Positions 26,313 through 36,787 of a DNA stretch of 64,000 bases are shown piece by piece. The position numbers and the translations under genes were made by a program. Positions within the stretch are counted from its first letter, which is position 1, and the number at the start of each line of letters is the position of its first letter. The notes below the pieces were generated by a model. It was not told the DNA's origin. It saw only the letters and a program-made list of their open reading frames with translations, and did not search any database. Origin of the DNA: Thermomicrobiales bacterium (GTDB taxonomy: Bacteria; Chloroflexota; Chloroflexia; Thermomicrobiales; UBA6265); assembly GCA_042408955.1 (NCBI GenBank), contig JBHOQQ010000164.1:1138-65137 (forward strand). Direction: 5' to 3'.

Positions 26313-26566
26313 GGATGGAGATCCTCCACATGATCGATTGCCACGTTCGAGAGTACCAATACCCCACCGGGCAGCAAGCTGTCTGCCCGGCTACCCGGCC
26401 ATGGTGAGCGAGGTCGTGTTACAAGAGCATGACGCGAGGTGCCTGAGCATCGCAAATCCGTGTCAGTGGGTAGGGAGATGGAAGCGGTGCCGGCCAGCGT
26501 GTGGCAGACCGCTCCGGTCGCGGCTCTCGGCTGCTCCAGCGTTGCACGCCGTCTCGAGATGGAGTC

Positions 26567-27454
26567 TCATCCCTTGATGCCAGCGCTGACCTGCCCTTCG
26601 ACAAACCAGCGTTGGAAGATAAGGTAAAAGATCGCGATGGGCACCGTGGTGATCACGGCGATGGCCATCATGGTGGGCCATTCCGTGTAGTTGGCCTGGC
26701 GGAAGTAGGCCAACCCAAGGGGGAGGGTATAGAGCGCCGGCTTGCTGATGAAGATCAAGGGCTCCAGGAAGGCGTTCCAGCTTCCCTGGAAGGAGAAGAT
26801 GGCAAGTGCGGTAAGGGCTGGCGCCGCGTTCGGCAAGATGATCTCGGCGAACATGCGATACCGACTCGCGCCGTCAACTCGCGCCGCCTCCTCCAACTCG
26901 CTGGGGATCGACTCAAAGAACTGCTTCATCAGAAAGATGCCAAAGGCATCGGCAAGAAAAGGCAACGTGAGTGCACCGTAGGTATTGATGAGTCGCAGCT
27001 CATTAAGGATAAGAAACTTCGGAACGATCGTGACCATACCTGGAATCATGATCGTGCTGAGCACAAGAACGAACAAGAGATTCTTGCCAGGAAACTCCAT
27101 GCGGGCGAAGGCATAGCCTGCTGTCGTGGCGGTAAAGGCCCGGCCAATGATCCAGATCGCGGCGACGAAGGCGCTATTGAAGAACCAGCGATCGATGTTG
27201 GCATCGAGCACTTTTTGATATGCCTCGAAGGTGATGTGCTCGGGCCAAAACAGGCCACGCAGTGAGAGCAGCCGATTCGCTTCAGCCTGGGTTTTGAGCG
27301 ATGTCGTGATGGAAAAGACAAAGGGAACGAACATCGTGAGGGCAACCAGCGTCAGCACGACGTAGGCGATCACCTGGAGCACGAGATCAACGAAGCCCTG
27401 GTGCTCCTCAATGCGTGCCTGGGGCTTGGCAAGCTGTCGTGTCACAACGGCCAT
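26567..27454 (-). CDS. Carbohydrate ABC transporter permease (MalG/CUT1-type)
   Basis: 295 aa, 6 spans. Permease loop ELEEAARVDGASRYRMFAEIILPNAAPAL. Confidence 0.9.
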   Translation of the reverse strand: MAVVTRQLAKPQARIEEHQGFVDLVLQVIAYVVLTLVALTMFVPFVFSITTSLKTQAEANRLLSLRGLFWPEHITFEAYQKVLDANIDRWFFNSAFVAAIWIIGRAFTATTAGYAFARMEFPGKNLLFVLVLSTIMIPGMVTIVPKFLILNELRLINTYGALTLPFLADAFGIFLMKQFFESIPSELEEAARVDGASRYRMFAEIILPNAAPALTALAIFSFQGSWNAFLEPLIFISKPALYTLPLGLAYFRQANYTEWPTMMAIAVITTVPIAIFYLIFQRWFVEGQVSAGIKG

Positions 27455-27491
27455 CGATGATCCCTTCTTGCAGGCTAGCCGCCTGATCTAG

Positions 27492-28508
27492 CTACTGCCG
27501 CTCGTACCCGAAGGTGAGCCGGCGCTGCACAAAGTAGAGACCAAGGATGATGAAAAACAGGATGACAGCGATGGCCGAAGCATAGCCAAAGCCGCGTCCT
27601 TGCCTGAATCCCTCGACGTACACCAGATAGGCGATGGTGGTCGTCTTCTTTGCGGGACCACCTTCGCTCATCACCCAAATCTGGTCGAACACTTGGAACG
27701 TGCCGATCAAGCCAATCGTTACCACGAACGCGGTGACCGGGCGAAGGAGCGGAACGGTGATGTCACGAAACATCTGGAAGCGGCTTGCGCCATCAATTGC
27801 TGCTGCCTCGTACACATCGCCAGGAATCGCCTGCAAACCGGCGAGGTAGATCACCATCATCGTCCCGGTCGTCGTCCAAATATTGAGCAACATGATCGAA
27901 AGGAGGGCAACGCTTGGTCCTTCGAGCCAGACGGAGATGTGCTCGATGCCGAAATGCTTTGCCAGCAGGGCGAAGATGCCGTTCGGATTGGCCAGCCAGA
28001 CCGGTCTGGGTGTGGGGAACCCAAGCTCACGCAAAACGTAGTTGATTGGGCCGCGTGCAGAATACATCCAGAGGAAGATGATCGAAATCACGACCGAGGA
28101 GCTAATCGAGGGGAAGTAGAACGCGGTTCGGAAGAATGTTCGACCACGTATTTTGCGATTGGCGAGGACGGCTAACACCAGTCCGCTCGCCGTTTGGGCG
28201 GGCACCACGCCGAGCGCATACCAGGCCGTATTCCGGAAGGCGAGCCAAAAATCATCGCTGTGCAGGATCTCACGATAGTTGTCCAACCCGACCCAGGTCC
28301 GTCTGGGATGAGCAATGACTTGCCATGCTCCGCCTTTGCTCAACAGCGAGTAATTGTGCAAGCTCACATAGAAGGCAAAGACAATCGCGCCGAAGATAAA
28401 GATGAGGAATATCATCATGGCTGGCGCGACAAACACCCATCCTGCCCGCCGATCTTCACGAATAATCGGGTTGCGGCTTCGGCGCTGGCGAGACCACGCA
28501 ATCGCCAT
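27492..28508 (-). CDS. Carbohydrate ABC transporter permease (MalF/CUT1-type)
   Basis: 338 aa. Permease loop DVYEAAAIDGASRFQMFRDITVPLLRPV. Confidence 0.9.
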   Translation of the reverse strand: MAIAWSRQRRSRNPIIREDRRAGWVFVAPAMMIFLIFIFGAIVFAFYVSLHNYSLLSKGGAWQVIAHPRRTWVGLDNYREILHSDDFWLAFRNTAWYALGVVPAQTASGLVLAVLANRKIRGRTFFRTAFYFPSISSSVVISIIFLWMYSARGPINYVLRELGFPTPRPVWLANPNGIFALLAKHFGIEHISVWLEGPSVALLSIMLLNIWTTTGTMMVIYLAGLQAIPGDVYEAAAIDGASRFQMFRDITVPLLRPVTAFVVTIGLIGTFQVFDQIWVMSEGGPAKKTTTIAYLVYVEGFRQGRGFGYASAIAVILFFIILGLYFVQRRLTFGYERQ

Positions 28509-28598
28509 ACGCTTCTCCTTCGCAGGTGGCCCGTCTGTGCGGCGAGGCTACAGCAACCGGGTGCGGGGCGCCTCTGCTGGGCGCCCCGTTTTCGATTG

Positions 28599-29918
28599 TC
28601 ACGCCGCTGGTGTGGCGACCGGCGTGGCTTGGAGCCGGATGCGCCGTTGCGCTGCCTCCTCCATTCGTTGCAGCGTCGTTGCAACATCCTGCGAGCCAGC
28701 AAAGAGCGCTTGCAATTCGGCTGTTGCGTCATTGTAGAACGCTTGGCCGCCGACGCCGAGCTGCCAGGCTCGCGCGTACTCGCCGCTCTTGAGATATGGC
28801 TCCCGCTCGGGGTACTGCTTGAGCCACTCTTCCGCCAGGCCGGGACGCGAAGGCATTGCCAACCCAAGTGACGTCCACTTGAGCATGCCCTCGGGTCCGG
28901 TCAGATAGTTGATGACCGTCCAAGCTGCTTCGGGCACCTTGGTTCCCACGAACGCGGAGAAGGAGACCGTGAACCCGAGGGTCGCTTTCCCGGCTGGCCC
29001 GGCGGGCATCTCAGCAATGCCGTATTGGAGATCAGGGGCGCTATCCTTGAGGAACGGGAAGATCCAGTTGCCTTCGAAGACGAGATCTGCCAGATCCTTG
29101 GCCAGGCCATCCCCTGGCCATTGCGCGCCAGCGTCCGCCGGAGTGGTGGCAATGCCGTCGCGGTACAGGCCGTAATAGAACTCGAGCGCCTGCTGTGCTT
29201 CCGGGCTATTGATGATGATTTGCGTACCGTCGGCGCTGATGATCTCCGCGCCTGTCGCGTAATGGAACGCAAGGTAGCGAGCAAAGTCGGGTGGAATCAT
29301 GATCCGAGGCTCACCGAGCGTATCGAGCAGGGCTTTGCCAGCGACCGAAAGCTCGTCCCACGTTGCCGGAGCAGCACTGACCCCAGCGTCGGTCAGGGCC
29401 TTGGTGTCATAGACGGTGCCGAGCGGCGACCAGTCCTTCGGTAGGCCGTATGTCTTGCCCTCCCATTGGAAAGCCTTGATCAGGCCTGGATAGAAGTCCT
29501 CTGCCTTGACTCCGCTTTGAGCCATGAAATCGTCGAGAGGGAGAAGCTGGCCCGCTGCCATCAAATCCGGAGAGAGCATGCTGTCGACGTAGAAGACGTC
29601 GGCAACGGTACCTGCGGCAATATCCGTCTGGAGCTTGGTCGGGTAATCGGAGGGCACTGGCTCATAGGAAATTTTGATCTCGGGATGTGCAGCTTCCAAG
29701 TCCTTCAGAACTTGGGAAAAGAGATCAAACTCGGCACCGGATGACGTCCAGCCGGTGACGCGCACGGTCGTTTGATTTTGGGCGCTCGATCGCCGGATGA
29801 ATGGGCCGGTGCTCACAGTGGCGAGAGCCACGGGGCCAGCCAGGACTCGCGCTCGTGTTGAAATTTGGCGGCTGAACACGCTGGACGATGTTGGATTGGT
29901 CATCGCATCCCTCCTCAC
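28599..29918 (-). CDS. Carbohydrate ABC transporter substrate-binding protein (family 1)
   Basis: 439 aa. N-terminal signal region, then VRVTGWTSSGAEFDLFSQVLKDLEAAHPEIKISYEPVP, typical of CUT1 binding proteins. First gene of a three-gene minus-strand operon. Confidence 0.9.
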   Translation of the reverse strand: MRRDAMTNPTSSSVFSRQISTRARVLAGPVALATVSTGPFIRRSSAQNQTTVRVTGWTSSGAEFDLFSQVLKDLEAAHPEIKISYEPVPSDYPTKLQTDIAAGTVADVFYVDSMLSPDLMAAGQLLPLDDFMAQSGVKAEDFYPGLIKAFQWEGKTYGLPKDWSPLGTVYDTKALTDAGVSAAPATWDELSVAGKALLDTLGEPRIMIPPDFARYLAFHYATGAEIISADGTQIIINSPEAQQALEFYYGLYRDGIATTPADAGAQWPGDGLAKDLADLVFEGNWIFPFLKDSAPDLQYGIAEMPAGPAGKATLGFTVSFSAFVGTKVPEAAWTVINYLTGPEGMLKWTSLGLAMPSRPGLAEEWLKQYPEREPYLKSGEYARAWQLGVGGQAFYNDATAELQALFAGSQDVATTLQRMEEAAQRRIRLQATPVATPAA

Positions 29919-30222
29919 AGCGATGCAGAACGGGCGTCACGGCATTCATGGATCATTCATGGGCGATGAACGCCGTGTACCATGATCTTACGCAGATCTC
30001 CCCCGGTTGGAAGACCTGGCCACGAGCCGAACTGGGCCACGCCTCATATCATACGTTGCCCACCTCTACGTGCGAAGCGGCCACGAGGATGCTCCTTGCC
30101 CCGCGTGCGCGTGTGCAGGGCTTCAGCGTAGCGATCATCTCCCGAGTGGAAGCTGATCATTGGACCAGCAGTGCCGGTTAGGCCGGCATTGACCCGATCG
30201 GCAGTCCGGTGCTTGCCGCTCC

Positions 30223-30945
30223 CTATGCAAGAAACGTGCCATGCGCGGGTGGGGAGGCGCCAGCGTCTGACCCCTCGGCCGGAGCCGCCCATCCCGCAGC
30301 GCCGACCAGCGGCACAAAACGAACGGGACCAAGCGTCTGTTCGAGAAACTGGTCATGGTGCCGCTCAATCACGAGGAGGGTTTGGTCGCTCGTCTCCCCG
30401 ACCGGGATGACCATGCGGCCACCGTGGGGATGCAGCTGCTCGAGCAGCGGCCTGGGCACCCGCGGTGCGCCAGCGGTGACAATAATCCGGTCATACGGTG
30501 CGGCGGCTGGCCAGCCGGTTGTGCCATCGCCGACGATGACCTGCACGCTGGCATAGCCAAGGTGCCGGAGCAAGCTCAGCGCCGCTGCCGCGAGCTCAGG
30601 GTGTCGCTCGATCGTGATGACCTGGCAGCCGAGCTCCGCCAAAATCGCGGCTTGGTAACCAGATCCCGTGCCAATCTCCAAGACCTGCTCACCGCCTCGC
30701 AGCAGCAGCGCCGCTGTCATCAGCGCGACAATGTAGGGTTGCGAAATCGTTTGGCCGCTCGCGATCGGCAAGGCAACGTTGTCCCAAGCTTGCGTTTTCC
30801 ATGGCTCTGGCACGAAGTGTTCTCGCGGGACCCTGGCCATCGCGCTAAGCACCCGCTCATCGCGGATACCCTGCCGGCGGAGCTCTGCGATGAGGGCGGC
30901 GATCCGACAGGAGCGATCCTGAGCGCCTGTCTCAGATCCCGTCAT
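30223..30945 (-). CDS. pcm: Protein-L-isoaspartate O-methyltransferase
   Basis: VPREHFVPE, TISQPYIVALM, VLEIGTGSGYQAAILAELG (SAM motif I), DRIIVTAGAP. ATG 30945; the track ORF extends to 31293 through non-homologous sequence. Confidence 0.85.
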   Translation of the reverse strand: MTGSETGAQDRSCRIAALIAELRRQGIRDERVLSAMARVPREHFVPEPWKTQAWDNVALPIASGQTISQPYIVALMTAALLLRGGEQVLEIGTGSGYQAAILAELGCQVITIERHPELAAAALSLLRHLGYASVQVIVGDGTTGWPAAAPYDRIIVTAGAPRVPRPLLEQLHPHGGRMVIPVGETSDQTLLVIERHHDQFLEQTLGPVRFVPLVGAAGWAAPAEGSDAGASPPAHGTFLA

Positions 30946-31071
30946 GGCGGAGTCCTTTCCCGGAGCCGGTTCGAAGGAGCGTGGCCGTGGCGGTGTCGCT
31001 CGGGGCATGGTCGCACGCCTTTGTTGCCTTGTGCAAACTGATTGCCAAGATGCGAGCCTATTACCCGAGTC

Positions 31072-31199
31072 GGGGAGTAGTACCAGCATTGGTTGCCGAT
31101 AGGAACGCATCCCTTCCATGATACCGTTGACGTGAGTGAGGCAATGGGAAAGGACACTTTGCCTCATCACGTGTGTTGGGGCGCCGGCAGCGATGCCGG
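31072..31199 (+). promoter_or_regulatory. Structured 5' leader upstream of the K+ uptake operon (riboswitch candidate, class unresolved)
   Basis: GGGGAGTAG (31072-31080), TTGACGTGA (31127-31135), a 14-bp stem ACGTGAgTGAGGCAA/TTGCCTCATCACGT (31130-31172), and CCGGCA-GCGA-TGCCGG (31184-31199). The operon start follows 15 nt later. Confidence 0.3.
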
Positions 31200-31213
31200 T
31201 GCAGTGGGAATCA

Positions 31214-31909
31214 ATGATGACGCACGAGCGTAGTGGTGTCGGCGGCCGGATTGCCGTCATTGGTCTTGGCCGGTTTGGGCGCAGCGTCGCCAAGACGTTG
31301 CACGATCTTGGTTACGAAGTTACTGCCATCGATTTGGATGAGCGGCGCGTTGAGGAGGCAAGCAACTTTGTCGCCTTGGCAGCTCAGGGCGATGGAGCCG
31401 ATGAGGATTTGCTACGCTCACTCCAAATCGATCGCTCGGCGGTCGCGATCGTCGCCCAAGGGAGCAATCTGGAAAAGAGTATCCTTTCCACGCTTATTCT
31501 CAAGCGGCTTGGCGTGAAGTCGGTCATCGCCAAGGCGAATAATGAGCTGCACGGGGAAGTGTTGCGTAGGATCGGCGCCGATCGCATCATCTTCCCGGAG
31601 CGGGACGCAGGTGTTCGCCTGGCGCACACACTGGCAGTTCCTCGCATTGATGACTATATTTCACTCTCTCCGACGAGCGGAGTCGCCAAATTCGCCGCTC
31701 CGCCCCATTTTCAAGGCCGCACGCTGAGCGATGTTTACGCGGCCTGCGGAGCGAACCTGAGTGTGTTGGCCATCAAGCGTGGGCAGCATCTCATCACTAC
31801 CCCGTCGTTCTCCGAGCGCATCCAGCGCGGTGATGAGCTGATCGTTGCCGGGCCAGATGCGGCGATCGAAGCCTTCGTTGAGTCAGGAGCGCCTGAGGGG
31901 ACGACGTGA
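31214..31909 (+). CDS. TrkA/KtrA-type K+ uptake regulatory subunit (TrkA-N plus TrkA-C)
   Basis: RIAVIGLGRFGRSVAKTLHDLGYEVTAIDLDERRV (Rossmann GxGxxG). C-terminal TrkA-C-like LSVLAIKRGQHLITTPSFSERIQRGDELIVAG. ATG 31214; the track start is GTG 31136. Confidence 0.85.
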   Translation: MMTHERSGVGGRIAVIGLGRFGRSVAKTLHDLGYEVTAIDLDERRVEEASNFVALAAQGDGADEDLLRSLQIDRSAVAIVAQGSNLEKSILSTLILKRLGVKSVIAKANNELHGEVLRRIGADRIIFPERDAGVRLAHTLAVPRIDDYISLSPTSGVAKFAAPPHFQGRTLSDVYAACGANLSVLAIKRGQHLITTPSFSERIQRGDELIVAGPDAAIEAFVESGAPEGTT

Positions 31910-33351
31910 GCGACGCCGCATCTCGGCACCGCCCGCCGGAAACCGTGCTGCGCCGGCGCATTCGGGAGCCGGTCATCATCGAGCTGCCGCCGCCCCCCCA
32001 GCCCCCAGAGCTTCCTCATCCCCGCCGCCACGCGCGGACATTCATCTTATCCCTGGCCGCCATCGTCGCAATTGGCGCGGCCTTGCTCGCAACGCCATGG
32101 ACAACGCGCAGTGGCACGGCAACGCATCCCGTGGATGCGCTCTTTACCGCTGTCTCCGCGACGGCGGTCACCGGGCTGGTGACGGTTGACACCGCCACTC
32201 ACTGGAATGCCTTCGGGCAGGCAATCATCCTCTTGCTGATTCAGGTGGGTGGCCTGGGCTTCATGGTAGGCGCCAGCATCGTGTTGCAGGCGCTTCGGAG
32301 AGGAACGACGCGCCTCAGCGATCTGCTCCTCGTCAAAGAGGGGGGGCCGGAGCTTTCGCTAAGGGAAGCGGTGGTGTTGTCGCGCCAGATCGTGATTTTC
32401 ACCCTGGTCACGGAGAGCGTGGGCGCGCTGGCGCTCTCGCTGGCATTTTGGGGTGAGATGCCATTCCCCCAGGCACTGTGGCACGGCGTCTTCCATGCTG
32501 TATCAGCGTTTTGCAATGCCGGCTTCGACCTGCAAGGCAATTTCGCCTCGCTTGCACCCTATCAGACCTCGCTCGTCGTCAATCTCGTGATTATGGCGCT
32601 GATCCAAGCGGGATCGTTGTCCTATATGGTGCTCGCGGACGTGGTCAGAACCCGCCGCTGGGCCGATTTCGCGCTGGATACCAAGCTCGTCTTGATCCTC
32701 AATGCCATGCTCGTCGCCGGAGCGGCAGGCGCCTTTCTATTGGCCGAGTGGCGACGCGCTCTAGCGGATGTCCCGCCCGCCTACCGGCCCTTGGCTGCGC
32801 TATTTCAGAGTATCTCGGCCCGGACGGCGGGCTTCGCGACGGTCGATTTCAGCAACTTACACCTCGTGACGCTCTTCGTCTGGATCGGGGTGATGCTCGT
32901 TGGAGGAGCGTCCGGCTCGACCGCAGGTGGGGTGAAACTGACGACCCTCGGCGTGATTGCCATCGCGGTGGTGTCTAGCTTGCGCGGGCAGGAGGAGCCT
33001 CAGATTTTTGGCCGCAGGATTCCGACGGCGATGATCTTCCGCGCCATGGCCGTGGTCACGTTGATGATGACGGTGCACTTCGTGGCAACCGCGTTGCTCG
33101 CGGTCACCGAGGATGTGTGGGGGCGGGAGGATCTGAGCTTTATCGCGATGATGTTCGAGACGATGAGCGCACTCGCAACGGTCGGCCTGTCGACCGGTAT
33201 CACTCCCTCCCTCACCGACCCAGGCAAGCTGGTGCTGTGCGTCGTGATGTTCTTCGGACGCCTTGGCCCACTCACCGCGGCCTATGCGCTGCAACGGCGC
33301 CAGCGCGCTGCGCGGTCCCGGTTCCCGGTCGCGCAATTGCGGATTGGTTAA
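31906..33351 (+). CDS. TrkH/KtrB-family K+ transporter membrane subunit
   Basis: 481 aa, many spans. Repeated selectivity-filter-like segments (QVGGLGF, NAGFDL, RTAGFAT, TVGLSTG). GTGA overlap with the upstream gene. Confidence 0.85.
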   Translation: MSDAASRHRPPETVLRRRIREPVIIELPPPPQPPELPHPRRHARTFILSLAAIVAIGAALLATPWTTRSGTATHPVDALFTAVSATAVTGLVTVDTATHWNAFGQAIILLLIQVGGLGFMVGASIVLQALRRGTTRLSDLLLVKEGGPELSLREAVVLSRQIVIFTLVTESVGALALSLAFWGEMPFPQALWHGVFHAVSAFCNAGFDLQGNFASLAPYQTSLVVNLVIMALIQAGSLSYMVLADVVRTRRWADFALDTKLVLILNAMLVAGAAGAFLLAEWRRALADVPPAYRPLAALFQSISARTAGFATVDFSNLHLVTLFVWIGVMLVGGASGSTAGGVKLTTLGVIAIAVVSSLRGQEEPQIFGRRIPTAMIFRAMAVVTLMMTVHFVATALLAVTEDVWGREDLSFIAMMFETMSALATVGLSTGITPSLTDPGKLVLCVVMFFGRLGPLTAAYALQRRQRAARSRFPVAQLRIG

Positions 33352-33837
33352 CCGTGATGAGACATCATGGGTGGGGCATTGCTAGCGGTTCTGCCCGCCG
33401 AGGGGCGGGAGAGCGGGCCGAAAGACCTTCCCTCGCGTTGCTCGGGACGAGGCTCATCCCCATTGCAAGGGGTGAGAGCGCGGGCCTCAAGACCCGCGCC
33501 GAGATCGCAAAGTCGGCTGAAGCCGGCTGCGTTGTCATGGGCACGTTCGTGCTTAGCCCCCTGGAGGGGGCTTTGTCTGCTTGGTGAGCCGTGTCCCGAG
33601 CGGAGCGAGGGAGCGGGGACGTTAGCCAAGCGCGATGCCGGCGCAACGCAGCACTTCATGCACCCGTGCTGAAGATGCCCCGCCCTCCTGCGAATTTGCT
33701 TCTAGGGAGCTTCGTCTCGAGGGAGCGGGGACTTTAGGACGCGCCTAAAGGGAGCGCGACACGATTCCTCGTCGCGCTCAAACCGGCTGGTGGAGTGGCG
33801 GCGAACGCGCCTGAATCAGTACCGCTGGTTGCGCGCG

Positions 33838-34677
<840 letters not shown>

Positions 34678-34721
34678 TGGGCAGTCTCCTTCCAGATGGG
34701 GCAAGCGGGAGCACCACGAAC

Positions 34722-35726
34722 TTATCGTCCTGGCGAGGGATGGGCATGGGCCGTGGCCCGCTCATCCTCCGTGGCGTGTGCTAGCGTGGCAGAGCGCCTG
34801 GCAGCAGGGGCCGCTCGCTCGGCGCGCACCCCCGCGGTGCTTCCCCGGCGGGCCAGGCCGATCCCTGCAAAGACAAGCACAGTTCCCACGAGTTGGCTCA
34901 GGCTCGGTGTCTCATGCAGAAAAACCAACGCGAGGACGCCGGTGAAGACCGGAATGAGGTAGAGGTACGGCACGGTTCTACCAACGCCGCGCCGTTCGAT
35001 TGCCCATCCCCAAAGTGTGTAGGCGACAAGCATAGAGATAACCCCGGCATAGGCGATGGCAACCCACCCCTTGAGGCCGACGTGCGCCCAATCTTGCCGC
35101 AGCAATGCCGGGAACGTTACGGGCAGAACCGCCGCAAGTCCAATGAGCACCGACCAGGCGGTCACGATCTGCGAGCCGTAGGTGCGCACGATTGGCCGGG
35201 TAGCGATCCCGTACACGGCAAAACAGATCGCGGCCAGCAGGTTGAGTGCATCGCCTGTGGCTGGCTTGCCCATGGCGAGCTTATTCCCGACGAAGACGGC
35301 GGTACCGAGCAATGCGCAGGCAACGCCGAGCCACTGGACCGGACGAATCCGTTCCAGCTTCATCGCCGAGGCAATCAGCAGCGTAAACACTGGACCCAGG
35401 GAGACGATGATAGCCGCGGAAAAGGCCGAGGTGTGCGCTAACCCGACGATGAAGAGCAAATTGTAGGCGGCATAGCCGGTCATGCCAGTAAGCACAAACT
35501 TCGGCACATCCTCCCGGCGGATGCGAAGCTGTGCCTTGCGCCAGCCCAACCACCCAAAGAGTACAACGGCTACGATGAGGAAGCGAAGCGCGACATAGCT
35601 AAAGGGACTGAGGCGCTGATTGAGAATGGATTTGGTCAGGACGTTGTTTCCGGCCCAAATGGTCGCGACGACCAGCATCGCACCATCGGCAATATCGACA
35701 TTTGCCGGAATCGAACGGCGCTTCAC
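34722..35726 (-). CDS. EamA/DMT-family transporter
   Basis: 334 aa, about 10 spans in two EamA-like halves (VATIWAGNNVLTK..., LLAAICFAVYGIATR...). Confidence 0.8.
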   Translation of the reverse strand: MKRRSIPANVDIADGAMLVVATIWAGNNVLTKSILNQRLSPFSYVALRFLIVAVVLFGWLGWRKAQLRIRREDVPKFVLTGMTGYAAYNLLFIVGLAHTSAFSAAIIVSLGPVFTLLIASAMKLERIRPVQWLGVACALLGTAVFVGNKLAMGKPATGDALNLLAAICFAVYGIATRPIVRTYGSQIVTAWSVLIGLAAVLPVTFPALLRQDWAHVGLKGWVAIAYAGVISMLVAYTLWGWAIERRGVGRTVPYLYLIPVFTGVLALVFLHETPSLSQLVGTVLVFAGIGLARRGSTAGVRAERAAPAARRSATLAHATEDERATAHAHPSPGR

Positions 35727-35827
35727 GCGGGATTGCCTTGCCCAAGTATCTCGTGGATCACCGGTGCGGCAATGTGCTCCTCTTGCCAGGAGCGTGCCGT
35801 GTTCAGGGAAGGATAGTGGATCGAGGA

Positions 35828-36742
35828 TCAGGATGTGGAGGGGAGATAAGGGCGGAGCGCGCCGCTCTGCGACGGTAGCAACACGCCTTCGTGCGCGAGG
35901 AGACGTTGCTTGATCTCGATGCCGCCAGTGTAGCCTCCCAACGACGCATCGGAACGCACAACCCGGTGGCAGGGAACGACGATCGGAATCGGATTGCGCC
36001 CGAGCGCGTTGCCGACTGCGCGCATCGCTTCCGGACGTCCAATACGGTGCGCAATGTCGCGGTAGGTGGCAAGATGGCCGAACGGGACTTCGCTGGTTGC
36101 CGCGAGGACCGCGTGCGTGAAGGGGGAGACACCGGAAAGGTCGAGCGGAACCTCAAAACGGTTCCGCTCTCCCCGAAAATACTCTGAAAGCTGCCGGATA
36201 ATCCCCTCGACGCCATGCCGATCAGCAGCAGGGAAAAACCCCCGGCGTTCCAGTTGGCGGCGGAATCCCTCCTCAGTCTCCTGCGTACCAAACCCGATCT
36301 CGCAGACACCGCGGTCACTGGCAGCCACGAATAACGGACCAATGGGACTCTCGATCCGCGCATAGCTGGCGCGACGTCCGCGCTTTGCCAGGAATCGGAG
36401 CGGAGGGGGAGAACATTGCTCACCTTCGACAACGCGCATGAGGCGATTAAGCGCGGCATCCACAAGCTGGTATTTGGTCAACATATCGTGGCAGTAGCCA
36501 CAGTGACTCGCATGCTGCAAAATCCACTCTACGTCCCGCGGCTGCAAATCCTTCACGAGCAGGGCAGGCATGGCGTCGCAAGCAATATCGCAGACATCCA
36601 TGCCCGGCTGGTTAGCAACACATGCGAGATCGGAAGAAGGAACCACTGCAACTGTCTTTCGCTTCCGGGACATCGCCTGAGATTTGTGCGGATTCCGGCT
36701 CGTGACAAGGTGCGTGGTCATGGCTAATTCCATCCTGCTCAT
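35828..36742 (-). CDS. Fusion protein: ZAS (zf-HC2) anti-sigma domain plus complete O6-alkylguanine-DNA alkyltransferase (Ogt/MGMT)
   Basis: One uninterrupted 304-codon ORF. N-terminus: CDIAC...ALLVKDLQPRDVEWILQHASHCGYCHDMLTKYQL (H77-x3-C81-x2-C84, nt 36491-36514). C-terminus: YARIESPIGPLFVAASDRGVCEIGFG...TYRDIAHRIGRPEAMRAVGNALGRNPIPIVVPCHRVVRSDASLGGYTGG. No hydrophobic span. Confidence 0.8.
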   Translation of the reverse strand: MSRMELAMTTHLVTSRNPHKSQAMSRKRKTVAVVPSSDLACVANQPGMDVCDIACDAMPALLVKDLQPRDVEWILQHASHCGYCHDMLTKYQLVDAALNRLMRVVEGEQCSPPPLRFLAKRGRRASYARIESPIGPLFVAASDRGVCEIGFGTQETEEGFRRQLERRGFFPAADRHGVEGIIRQLSEYFRGERNRFEVPLDLSGVSPFTHAVLAATSEVPFGHLATYRDIAHRIGRPEAMRAVGNALGRNPIPIVVPCHRVVRSDASLGGYTGGIEIKQRLLAHEGVLLPSQSGALRPYLPSTS

Positions 36743-36787
36743 CGCTGCGGGTCGGTGCGGATGGACGCCCCGTGACGCCCATTCCGT

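Noticed and set aside
25134-26333. 399-aa + strand ORF covering the whole radical SAM gene on the opposite strand
   Set aside because: No recognisable motif and an Arg/Ala/Gly/Trp-rich composition, typical of antisense frames in GC-rich DNA. The minus-strand frame carries unmistakable CxxxCxxC and SPASM signatures.
26391-26450. 19-codon minus-strand micro-ORF (MLRHLASCSCNTTSLTMAG) upstream of the radical SAM/SPASM gene. I considered it as a RiPP precursor.
   Set aside because: No SD. The radical SAM enzyme looks like the tetrapyrrole-modifying AhbD/NirJ class rather than a peptide maturase. Such tiny ORFs are expected by chance.
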